From: Puniceicoccaceae bacterium
GTDB lineage: Bacteria; Verrucomicrobiota; Verrucomicrobiia; Opitutales; Oceanipulchritudinaceae
Direction: 5' to 3'
Assembly (NCBI GenBank): GCA_040830765.1
Contig: JBFOMH010000003.1
Location: forward strand, 114,434 to 178,433
Length of the DNA stretch: 64,000 bases
Shown: in pieces, positions 31,335 to 39,893 of the stretch
Layout of the letters: every line of letters begins with the position of its first letter
How positions within the stretch are numbered: position 1 is the stretch's first letter
Translations under genes and position numbers: made by a program
The notes under the pieces: generated by a model
Told to the model about the DNA's origin: nothing
Databases searched by the model: none
The model's input: the letters and a program-made list of their open reading frames with translations, nothing else

Positions 31335-33374
31335 TCAATTCCTATTGATTAAAGTGTATGACTCCTGCCAATCGGCCCCTGCCACCCATGCCTCCTTGTC
31401 CGATTCATATGCTCCCAGGTCCGGAGCAATCCCCGCGAATCCATCCGTGTATCCGGGAAGGACGACACCTTGATCGATGATCCCGGACCCGGGCAGTGGC
31501 ATGAAATCAAAACCATCAAGGTCCTTAATCCCTGGCTTCTTAATCCCGGTCAGGTTGTTGCGGATATTATCATTCTCCTCGAGGATATCATCTGGGCCGC
31601 GCCAGTATTTGATGTTGAAGCTGATATTATTGATAATCTGGGTTTGCTGGTTCTGCTTTTCCAATTGCGGCCACTGAACCGCCCATTGTTTAAAGGGTTC
31701 CTTGCGAGTGGGAACGAAGATATAATCCATCCTGTTTCCGTGACCTCCAATATTAATGATGGTGTTGTTGAATATCAGGTTATCATCGCCTTTCGCGATA
31801 ATACCGGCACCGCCACAATTCCAGACTACGTTGTGATGAAAGATATTGTTGCGTGATTGGTCGTCGGCTCGAATACCGATACCTCCGTGATCCGGATAGC
31901 AATCGTGGACCCAGTTATAGCGGATGATGCTTCCACGCGAGAATGGCCAGCAACCATAAATCAGGGAAACGTCCTTGCAGGCTAGTCCCCCATTGTAAAC
32001 GTGGTTGTATTCAACGATGCTTTCAGCCGCGTGGTAAACAAGGAGCGCATTGCCTCCATTGAACAAGGTGTTCCGGCTCGCCCGGTTGCCAAATGAGGTA
32101 ACCTCGCTGTTCTCCTCGGTCCGGACAGTTGGCGGATACTGGATGGTGTCAAACCAGTTCACCCCAAGGTGTGGACTCGCCGACAGCTGCAGGGCTGGAT
32201 AAATAAGCGTGCCGAACCAGTTGACGTCATGGATGATGCAATTTTCCACGGAATTATAGCCGCCCATGACCATCAGGCCCATGTTGTTGGCATAGGCCAT
32301 GGAACACCTCCGAACAGTGTTGTGGTTCCCGACGATTTTTGTAATGACAGATTCCTTACGGTCCTCGTCATATTCGGTGATCGTTCTGGAGTAGCTCGGA
32401 TAAAGCAGTTCACAATCCTCGATCAGGCAATGATCACAGTCTTCCAGTCGAAATGTGGTACCGAAAAAGTTGATACCGGAAATTTCGATATACTTCTGAT
32501 CGGCTGCAAACAGCGCATAATCACGTGATTTATACTTAACCTCGAGATTCGTGGGATCAACGTCCCCCGGTGCATGGAAATAGAGGTATCCGGATTTCTT
32601 CTCATAGAACCACTCGGTCTCCACATCAAGGGCTTCCAGTTTTCCGAACAAGTATAAATAATCATCTTTCCAAACATTCTTAGACCAGTTATCCGGTCCC
32701 TCATAAGCCGGATCATAGTTACAGAGCCCGACAAGATTCGCAGGATATTCCAACATCTCAGAACCTGCTTCATGGGAAGTTATCGGCCGGTTCCATGTCC
32801 ACCATTGATGTGCGACGTTCAGGCATGCCATGGCTCCGGTCCAGTCAATCCCGGATTCCGCCACTTCCTTACTGAACACCTTGCCGTGGGTGCTTTCTGC
32901 ATCCACCTTGGCCCATCTGCTGCGATCATAGCGCTGCTCAAACGTCATGTTCGGCCAGCGCGCCTCGATCATCATCCGCTTACCAACAAACAACTGCTCA
33001 ACCGGGGTATCCAGCTTCGTCTTGAAAATGGACCCGTCGTGACGCGTCCACTCGCCATGGATCACCTCTGTTCCATCAAGGATGACCAATTCTCCAGAAT
33101 AGGCTTCCAAGCGGATGGGTTTTCCCGCTGATCCTGACTTGGCTACAGTAATTTCCTCCCGGTAGGTTCCAGCACGGATATAGCAGACATCGCCCGGTTC
33201 CATCAGGTCCACTGCCTTCTGGATGCTAGCAAGGGGGTTTTCAATGGTACCAGCAGCCCCCGGCAGCCCATCCGGTGCCACGAAATACGCCCGACTGGCG
33301 CTCAAGGTGGTCACCGATAGCAGCAAAGCGGCAATAGACCACACTATGCCATAAACTAATGATTTAAACGACAC
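31335..33374 (-). CDS. Exported right-handed parallel beta-helix protein (DUF1565-type N-terminus; putative GH/PL)
   Basis: YFVAPDG..GTIENPLASIQKA..PGD.CYIRAGTYRE, EARWPN, Asn-ladder repeats, APDLGAYE tail; GTG start. Confidence 0.75.
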   Translation of the reverse strand: MSFKSLVYGIVWSIAALLLSVTTLSASRAYFVAPDGLPGAAGTIENPLASIQKAVDLMEPGDVCYIRAGTYREEITVAKSGSAGKPIRLEAYSGELVILDGTEVIHGEWTRHDGSIFKTKLDTPVEQLFVGKRMMIEARWPNMTFEQRYDRSRWAKVDAESTHGKVFSKEVAESGIDWTGAMACLNVAHQWWTWNRPITSHEAGSEMLEYPANLVGLCNYDPAYEGPDNWSKNVWKDDYLYLFGKLEALDVETEWFYEKKSGYLYFHAPGDVDPTNLEVKYKSRDYALFAADQKYIEISGINFFGTTFRLEDCDHCLIEDCELLYPSYSRTITEYDEDRKESVITKIVGNHNTVRRCSMAYANNMGLMVMGGYNSVENCIIHDVNWFGTLIYPALQLSASPHLGVNWFDTIQYPPTVRTEENSEVTSFGNRASRNTLFNGGNALLVYHAAESIVEYNHVYNGGLACKDVSLIYGCWPFSRGSIIRYNWVHDCYPDHGGIGIRADDQSRNNIFHHNVVWNCGGAGIIAKGDDNLIFNNTIINIGGHGNRMDYIFVPTRKEPFKQWAVQWPQLEKQNQQTQIINNISFNIKYWRGPDDILEENDNIRNNLTGIKKPGIKDLDGFDFMPLPGSGIIDQGVVLPGYTDGFAGIAPDLGAYESDKEAWVAGADWQESYTLINRN

Positions 33375-33401
33375 GGAGTAAATGGGGATTCCTTACGGTC
33401 A

Positions 33402-33465
33402 AATTTATCCCATTTTTCATCAGTGAAGAATGTTTAAAACTGCCCAGAATATGTTTAAAATTGAC
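33402..33465 (-). promoter_or_regulatory. Putative AraC-activated promoter of the beta-helix/GH130 operon
   Basis: ATGTTTAAAA direct repeat at 33430 and 33451 (21-bp period); -10 TAAATT; divergent AraC gene adjacent. Confidence 0.65.
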
Positions 33466-33510
33466 TTCACTATTTGATTGATCCCTCAATCCTGCCTAAA
33501 TTGCCTGAAC

Positions 33511-34392
33511 ATGAAGTATGACATCAGTCTGGACAGCGAAGAGACCGGCAAGCGCATCCGGGACACAAAGATCTTCTTTTTTGACCTGAATCCGCCTGAA
33601 GATTCGGCGTTGAGCATCATCACTGCCGGTTGGGAACTCACCCGGCAGAATTATGATTTGCGCCGCGACCATTATCCCTATCACACCATCGAGTTTATCG
33701 AATCCGGCTCCGGGACCTTCACTCTTGATGGAACAGATTATCCACTGGAACCGCACTCCATCCTGACCTATCGCCCGAATCAGCAATACCAGATTACGAC
33801 CGCACCGAAGTCACGAATGTCCAAGTACTGGATTTCAATTTCCGGGAGCGAGGTTGAATCCTTCTTCTCAGGCATCGAGGCAGTTGAATCCCCGGTCATT
33901 ACCCTTAGGGATGCCCGATATGTACAGGATCTATTCCGGCAACTTGTTGATTATGCTGCCCGCTACAACTTTGACACGGGATATGAGACCTGTCTGCTGG
34001 TTCTGAGGCTGGTTTTAAAGAGAATCCTGAACGACTGTGAAACAGCCCACCAGAAGCTGTCCGCTTCCTATAAGAAATACACCGAGTGCCTTGAATTCAT
34101 GGAAAATAACGTGGCCAGGTTGGGCTCAGTCAATGAATTGGCTGCGGAGGTCAAAATCGACACTTCCTACCTGATCCGGCTCTTCAAGCGCTTCGATTCG
34201 GAATCCCCTTACAAGCGCCTCATCCGCCTCAAAGCCCGTGAGGCAGCTGAAATCCTCCTCTATTCAAGCAAATCCATACGGGAGGTTTCAGAGGAAATGG
34301 GCTTTGAAGACCAATTCATTTTTTCCAAATGCTTTAAACGTGTCTACGGGGTCTCCCCAAAGCATTTCCGAGACAACTTTGAGCGCGGATAA
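33511..34392 (+). CDS. AraC-family transcriptional regulator
   Basis: Cupin domain plus SIREVSEEMGFEDQFIFSKCFKRVYGVSPKHFR. Confidence 0.92.
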   Translation: MKYDISLDSEETGKRIRDTKIFFFDLNPPEDSALSIITAGWELTRQNYDLRRDHYPYHTIEFIESGSGTFTLDGTDYPLEPHSILTYRPNQQYQITTAPKSRMSKYWISISGSEVESFFSGIEAVESPVITLRDARYVQDLFRQLVDYAARYNFDTGYETCLLVLRLVLKRILNDCETAHQKLSASYKKYTECLEFMENNVARLGSVNELAAEVKIDTSYLIRLFKRFDSESPYKRLIRLKAREAAEILLYSSKSIREVSEEMGFEDQFIFSKCFKRVYGVSPKHFRDNFERG

Positions 34393-34603
34393 GCAACGTA
34401 CTCAAGCCAGTAAGTGCCCGGCATTTGCAAGCAAACCTGCGAGAGATTGCTGTGCCCGTTCGATCATTAATGAACACACTTCAACGGAAGACAGGGTAAC
34501 AGTCCATCGCCTGCGGACGACTCTTCCGCTCCATACCTGAAATCTATCATAAGCCGCTGTTGCCTGAAGCAAGCCAATGGGCCATTGTCCGAAGGCGAAG
34601 GAT

Positions 34604-34637
34604 TTGACAAAGTATTACTTTTTAAACTTAGTAATAC
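34604..34637 (+). promoter_or_regulatory. TA promoter with palindromic operator
   Basis: TTGACA at 34604; GTATTACT-N10-AGTAATAC inverted repeat ending 1 bp before the ATG. Confidence 0.7.
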
Positions 34638-34638
34638 C

Positions 34639-34869
34639 ATGAAGTTGACGATCAAGGGACAGGTGACGATTCCGAAGAAGTACCGCCAGCGGTATGGCTT
34701 GGCCCCGCACACGGAAGTTGTCTTCGAGGAGGCGCCGGGCGGGGTGCTGATCCGGCCGGCCGGCCCGGTACGGCAGCAGAAGCTGCGACGGGCGCTGAAG
34801 CAGGTCCGCGGCATGGCGGACGCAGGAATGGGGACGGATGAGGTTATGAGGATGACGCGGGAGGATTGA
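34639..34869 (+). CDS. vapB: AbrB/MazE/SpoVT-family antitoxin (VapB)
   Basis: MKLTIKGQVTIPKKYRQRYGL swapped-hairpin motif; directly upstream of a PIN toxin. Confidence 0.88.
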   Translation: MKLTIKGQVTIPKKYRQRYGLAPHTEVVFEEAPGGVLIRPAGPVRQQKLRRALKQVRGMADAGMGTDEVMRMTRED

Positions 34870-35280
34870 GTGAAGAGGGTCCTCATCGATGCCAATGTCC
34901 TGATTGACGTCTTCACGGATGATCCCGATTGGGCGGACTGGTCGGTTCAAGCATTGGAGGAGGTGGCAACCGGGGGGCAGGTCCTGATCAATCCGATCAT
35001 CTACGCGGAAGTTTCAATTGCCTTCAAGAGCGTAAAGCGCCTGGACACGGCCTTGGACAAGCTGGGCATCGAACGGGCCGAGCTCCCCTACCCGGCTGCC
35101 TTCCTGGCTGGAAAAGCCTTTCTCAAATACCGCCAGCGCGGCGGCCTGAAACGTTCACCGCTGCCCGACTTTTATATCGGGGCTCACGCGCAACAGGCCG
35201 GTTTTGCGATACTGACGAGGGATGCAAACCGATACCGGACCTACTTCCCGAAAGTGAAGCTGATCTGTCCAAAGGGCTGA
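34870..35280 (+). CDS. vapC: PIN-domain toxin VapC
   Basis: VLIDANVLID, IYAE, PLPDFYIGAHA, LTRD. Confidence 0.9.
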   Translation: MKRVLIDANVLIDVFTDDPDWADWSVQALEEVATGGQVLINPIIYAEVSIAFKSVKRLDTALDKLGIERAELPYPAAFLAGKAFLKYRQRGGLKRSPLPDFYIGAHAQQAGFAILTRDANRYRTYFPKVKLICPKG

Positions 35281-35385
35281 AGAGGCGGATGCAACTACCG
35301 CCATCGCAGTTGCGGAGATTACCTACCCGGCTTCCCCGGCAAAAATTTCGCCAAATCAAACGAACCGGCCCTACGCGCCACCCTT

Positions 35386-37011
35386 CTAGTCCGTCCTGAT
35401 ATCCACGCTCCGGAACAGGAAAGGATTGTCACTCACCCGGAGCGGTTTGCCGCTGTCGATGGTTACCTCCTTGAGGACGACTTCTTTGGTCGTCACATAG
35501 GGAAACTTTTCAATGTATGAGGCATCGGTATTTTCCGGATTAAACTCCGCGAAGATGGCCGGGCCCGGATACTCCTCCGGGTGCACGGAATCCTGGATGT
35601 GCAGGTTTTCGATAATGATACGTTCCGGCATGTAACAAGTATACCCGAAGTCATGCTGCCCGGAATAGGTTCCGTTGATAAGGACCCCACTGCTATTTTG
35701 GCCAAACGTGGGAACGAACACGCAATTGCGGATGATGACATCCCCTTGCCAGGTGCTGCCATAATCGGCCCGCAGGTTGAAGAAATGGCTGCAGTGGATG
35801 GTGGTGTTTTCAATGATGAAGGTTCCCGTGCCGATGGCATTGATGCCCATGTGGCCCAGGGTCGAGTTGCGGATAGTTGCATTGGCAACGCCCCTGTGGG
35901 CATCAAACCGGGACAAGGCGCAGCGGTCATAGACCAGGTTCTTGCAGTAGTTGGATCCCATGATCCCCCAATAGCGATCGTCCTTGATATCGTTGGTCTG
36001 ACGGCAATTCACGAACGACACGTTGAGTGCCCGGGCAACCAGGATATCGTAGGTGCCCATGGAAACCGGTAGACCCGCCCTGCCGATGGTCCGGTAGGTC
36101 TTGTGTCCCGTCAAGACCGTGTTTTGCACGGTCACAAACGCACAGTCACTGATACTGATAAAACCTCCGTAGGGAGCTCCATGGTCGCCCTCGCCGGTGA
36201 TGCGATGCTCAAAGCCATCCACCACTACATTGGAGCGCTGGATACCAATCCCCCGCTTGTAATAGGTGTACTTGGATTCCGCCTGGTTGGCGATAGTCGT
36301 GAAATGACCTCCGCTGATCGTCAGGACCTCGTCATCGATTGGACGTGCTGAAATTTCCGTTATCTGTTCGAAGTCCCAAATGATCGGGGTCCTTGGATCA
36401 ACGGCACCATCCCGGCCAACAATAAATACGTCCAATTGCGAGGACCCCTTGTTCGGGTTGAGGCCGAAACGGATGTAATGCTTCCGGTTGTCGTTGGTGA
36501 CGGTGACCAGACAGGACTGGGGCAGAGTGATGCCCAGGTCGGCCTGGTTTTTCTCCAGGCTTGAAAGTCCCGTGACTTCGAATGGCTCAAGGCTCGAGTC
36601 GACCATAAAGACGAAAGCCGAGCGGTTTTCCACTTTCCTATCGTCGATAATAAAGGCAGCCGAACCGAAGTCGGTATCGGTGCGTATCACTGCGGTCCGC
36701 TCCTTTCCGCCGATATAATAGGTTGCCCCGGAGTCAGCCTTAACTTTCAGGCCGTGCAGGTTGGCTAACGCATGGGTGGCCGCGATGGCATCGATATCAT
36801 CGGTCTTGCCATCCCCGACAGCACCGAGGTCGCTGTAGCGGACAAATCCCCGCGCCCTGAACTTATCGATATCATCATCGGAATGTTTGGTTGTGGATCT
36901 GTCTTCTGCATGGAGGCCGGAGTCAGCCTTTTCAATGACCGTCCCGGCCCTGCCAAGGGCCGCAAAGAGAAATCCTGAAACAAGAAGAAGGGGTAAGATC
37001 CGTGACTTCAT
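35386..37011 (-). CDS. Exported pectin-lyase-fold (beta-helix) hypothetical protein
   Basis: Signal peptide; Y.DLGAVGDGKTDDIDAI motif; beta-helix-like repeats; SRFDAH motif. Confidence 0.65.
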   Translation of the reverse strand: MKSRILPLLLVSGFLFAALGRAGTVIEKADSGLHAEDRSTTKHSDDDIDKFRARGFVRYSDLGAVGDGKTDDIDAIAATHALANLHGLKVKADSGATYYIGGKERTAVIRTDTDFGSAAFIIDDRKVENRSAFVFMVDSSLEPFEVTGLSSLEKNQADLGITLPQSCLVTVTNDNRKHYIRFGLNPNKGSSQLDVFIVGRDGAVDPRTPIIWDFEQITEISARPIDDEVLTISGGHFTTIANQAESKYTYYKRGIGIQRSNVVVDGFEHRITGEGDHGAPYGGFISISDCAFVTVQNTVLTGHKTYRTIGRAGLPVSMGTYDILVARALNVSFVNCRQTNDIKDDRYWGIMGSNYCKNLVYDRCALSRFDAHRGVANATIRNSTLGHMGINAIGTGTFIIENTTIHCSHFFNLRADYGSTWQGDVIIRNCVFVPTFGQNSSGVLINGTYSGQHDFGYTCYMPERIIIENLHIQDSVHPEEYPGPAIFAEFNPENTDASYIEKFPYVTTKEVVLKEVTIDSGKPLRVSDNPFLFRSVDIRTD

Positions 37012-37080
37012 TATACTACCTGTCGGTAATATTGATTGAGATACGGAAAGCGAGTGGGAAGTGTCCGAGGCCCCAGCCGC

Positions 37081-38349
37081 TTAATCCTCATGCTTGAGCA
37101 GGCGCGGCTTCTTGACGGATTCCAGGAGGTGTTCAAAGTCGCCATCAAACGTCTTGGTGACGGGATTTCCGTTACGGCCCAGTCCCTCAAAGAGTCCGAG
37201 GTCAACGAGGTGCCAGATAACCGCCTTGGCCTGACCCTCATTGTTAAAAAGCCCAAAGTGGCTTTCCGAGCCGTCCACGGAACTGCTTTTCCATGGCTCG
37301 TCGAATGCCTGGAAATAGAAGCAGCTCATGCCGGCCGACTCCGTCCAGGCCCGCACTTCGTTATGAAACAACATGGAGGTGTACTCATCCGCGGCATGGG
37401 TCCCTTCCGGCCCATAATGGGAATCGTCCCGGGTGGCCCAGCCGGTCTCGCCGATGTGGATGGCTTTCTCGACTCCATTGGCCAACATGTAGGCCCTCGC
37501 TGCTTCCAGTTGCGACTGCTGGTGGGCAACCGCCCGCTCGACCGCTCTCATCCGCTGTTCCTTCAAGGGGAGCTCTGCGTCCGTAGAGACCGCCCACTCG
37601 AATTCACGATTGTAGTAGGTATCATGAAAGGCATAGGTGTGCAGGGAAATGAAATCCAGCGTCCCCAGCAGCTCCACCAGGTCCGCATTGTGATATTGCT
37701 CCTCCCCGCCAAGGGCAGCCCAGTTGTCCGAAGTCGTGATCCACAAATCCCTATCCAGTTGCCCTTCCGCTCGGGCTGCCTTCAACACGCGAACCCACTT
37801 GAGGATAACCCCGGGAGCAACATGATGCGGTTGCCAGTGGACCATCGCCTCGTTCCCCACCGCGATGATCTTCACGATGTCCGGGTAGGTCGCGGCCATT
37901 TCAATCGCCCGCTCGATTTCCAGGTTGTTGAATTCAACATCGCCCCGACTATGATCCACTTCCGGCGTATCTTCACCGAAACAGCGAATCCACGCCCCCA
38001 GCATGACGTACATTTCGAAGTCCGGATCCGCATCCTTCAATTCCCGGATCGCCGCCAACATGCGCTCCGTCTGCACGAATTCCTGCGTGTTGTAGGTCCG
38101 GATCAACCGGACCCCCATCGCCGCTATCAGCTGCATGTCCTCCTTCAACTCCTCCACCGTCGGCGCAATCGCATTGTCCCGCTCTGTCACCCGCCAGCCG
38201 GAATAACTCATCGCCGGATAGGCGGGATTGCCAAGGATCGCCTCCGCCGTCGGCTCATCGGAGGTCAATTTGCAACCGGATGTCAGTAGCAGCACGACGC
38301 CAGCTGCCAGAAGTTGCAGGGTAGCTTTGCGGATTCTTCGGGTCTTCAT
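37081..38349 (-). CDS. GH17 beta-1,3-glucanase/glucosidase, lipoprotein
   Basis: Lipobox LTSGC; IRTY, IAVGNEA, IGETGWAT, YFQAFDEPWK, ESHFGLF. Confidence 0.88.
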   Translation of the reverse strand: MKTRRIRKATLQLLAAGVVLLLTSGCKLTSDEPTAEAILGNPAYPAMSYSGWRVTERDNAIAPTVEELKEDMQLIAAMGVRLIRTYNTQEFVQTERMLAAIRELKDADPDFEMYVMLGAWIRCFGEDTPEVDHSRGDVEFNNLEIERAIEMAATYPDIVKIIAVGNEAMVHWQPHHVAPGVILKWVRVLKAARAEGQLDRDLWITTSDNWAALGGEEQYHNADLVELLGTLDFISLHTYAFHDTYYNREFEWAVSTDAELPLKEQRMRAVERAVAHQQSQLEAARAYMLANGVEKAIHIGETGWATRDDSHYGPEGTHAADEYTSMLFHNEVRAWTESAGMSCFYFQAFDEPWKSSSVDGSESHFGLFNNEGQAKAVIWHLVDLGLFEGLGRNGNPVTKTFDGDFEHLLESVKKPRLLKHED

Positions 38350-38413
38350 CGGTATTCAGGAGTGTAATCATTCCTATCCATTGTGGGCCGCGCAGTCTTG
38401 TCAATAGCAATCC

Positions 38414-38432
38414 TGCATAATAATGCATAATA
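38414..38432. promoter_or_regulatory. Tandem TGCATAATA repeat in the GH17/GH1 divergent intergenic region
   Basis: tgcataata-a-tgcataata, 10-bp period. Confidence 0.4.
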
Positions 38433-38486
38433 TGGGTGGGCCGGGAGATTCTACAGTAAATCGGGGGGAGGCTTTGCCACCGGACG

Positions 38487-39893
38487 GTGCGAACTAGGCT
38501 TAAACAGGTGAAGAAGCAATTTCCGGAAGATTTCGCATGGGGAACGGCCACGGCCAGTTACCAGATTGAGGGCGGCTGGCTGGAAGGCGGTAAAGGACTG
38601 TCGATCTGGGACGCCTTCGCCCACCTGCCGGGCAAAATCAAGCAGGGACACACCGGGGACGTCACCTGCGACCACTTCCACCGCTTTCGGGAAGACGTGA
38701 AACTTATGGCGGAACAGGGCTTGAAGGCCTATCGGTTCTCCATCGCCTGGTCGCGGATATACCCGCAGGGCCGGGGAGCAGTGAGCGAGGACGGTATCCG
38801 GTTCTATTCGGACCTGATTGATGAGCTTCTCAAACACGGCATTGTTCCCTGGGTCACGCTGTACCACTGGGACCTTCCCCTGGCCCTTGAACTGGAGGAG
38901 GACGGCTGGCGCAACCCGGACATCGCGGACCACTTTGCTGACTATGCCAGGACCTGCTTTGCGGCTTTTGGCGATCGGGTAAAGCACTGGATCACCCTCA
39001 ACGAGCCGTGGGTGGTCGCCATCTTCGGCCATGGCAACGGAATCATGGCCCCGGGCCGGAGCTCCAATGACGAACCCTATTTGGCGGCGCACAACCTGCT
39101 CCGCTCCCATGCCCGGGCAGTGGACGTCTACCGCAAAGAGTTCCAGGCATCCCAAGGCGGAAAAATCGGCATCACCAACAACTGCGACTGGCGCGAGCCA
39201 CTGACCGATTCCCCTGAGGACAAGGCAGCAGCCCTGCGGGCACTGGAGTTCTTCCTCGGCTGGTTTGCCGACCCGGTCTATTTTGGGGACTATCCGGAGG
39301 TGATGAAAGAGCGCGTCGGTGACCGTCTGCCGGAATTCAGCGAAGCGGACAAGGCGTTGTTGAAAGGTTCAAGTGACTTTTTTGGACTGAATCACTACAC
39401 AACCTTGTATGCGTCGGAAATGACCGAGGCCAACCGCGGAGAATCGGATCCCTACGGGAATGGGGGCATCTCGGAAGACCAGGATGTCATTCTGACCAGT
39501 GATCCGACTTGGGAAAGGACCATCATGGGCTGGAACATCGTTCCCTGGGGCTGCCGCAAGCTGCTCCACTGGATCGACCAGCGGTACGGATCGCCTGATA
39601 TTGTTATTACCGAGAATGGATGTTCGCTGGAGGATGAATGTGTGGATGGGGTCGTCGATGACCCGGCCCGAATTGCCTTCCTGCAAGGATATCTGGAGGA
39701 ATGCCACAAAGCCATCGAGGAAGGCATCCGCCTGAAGGGCTACTTCATTTGGAGCTTCATGGACAACTTCGAATGGGCCCATGGATTCACCCAGCGTTTT
39801 GGTATCAACTACGTCGATTACAGCACCGGGGAACGAATCCCCAAGGCCTCGGCGAAGTGGTACGCCTCGGTCATTGAAAGGAACGGATTATGA
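38487..39893 (+). CDS. GH1 beta-glucosidase (cytoplasmic)
   Basis: FPEDFAWGTATASYQIEG, TLNEP, ITENG, WSFMDNFEW; start may be GTG 38508. Confidence 0.95.
   Translation: MRTRLKQVKKQFPEDFAWGTATASYQIEGGWLEGGKGLSIWDAFAHLPGKIKQGHTGDVTCDHFHRFREDVKLMAEQGLKAYRFSIAWSRIYPQGRGAVSEDGIRFYSDLIDELLKHGIVPWVTLYHWDLPLALELEEDGWRNPDIADHFADYARTCFAAFGDRVKHWITLNEPWVVAIFGHGNGIMAPGRSSNDEPYLAAHNLLRSHARAVDVYRKEFQASQGGKIGITNNCDWREPLTDSPEDKAAALRALEFFLGWFADPVYFGDYPEVMKERVGDRLPEFSEADKALLKGSSDFFGLNHYTTLYASEMTEANRGESDPYGNGGISEDQDVILTSDPTWERTIMGWNIVPWGCRKLLHWIDQRYGSPDIVITENGCSLEDECVDGVVDDPARIAFLQGYLEECHKAIEEGIRLKGYFIWSFMDNFEWAHGFTQRFGINYVDYSTGERIPKASAKWYASVIERNGL

Noticed and set aside
37036..38289. 417-aa plus-strand ORF
   Set aside because: Antisense shadow of the GH17 gene in GC-rich sequence; no motifs
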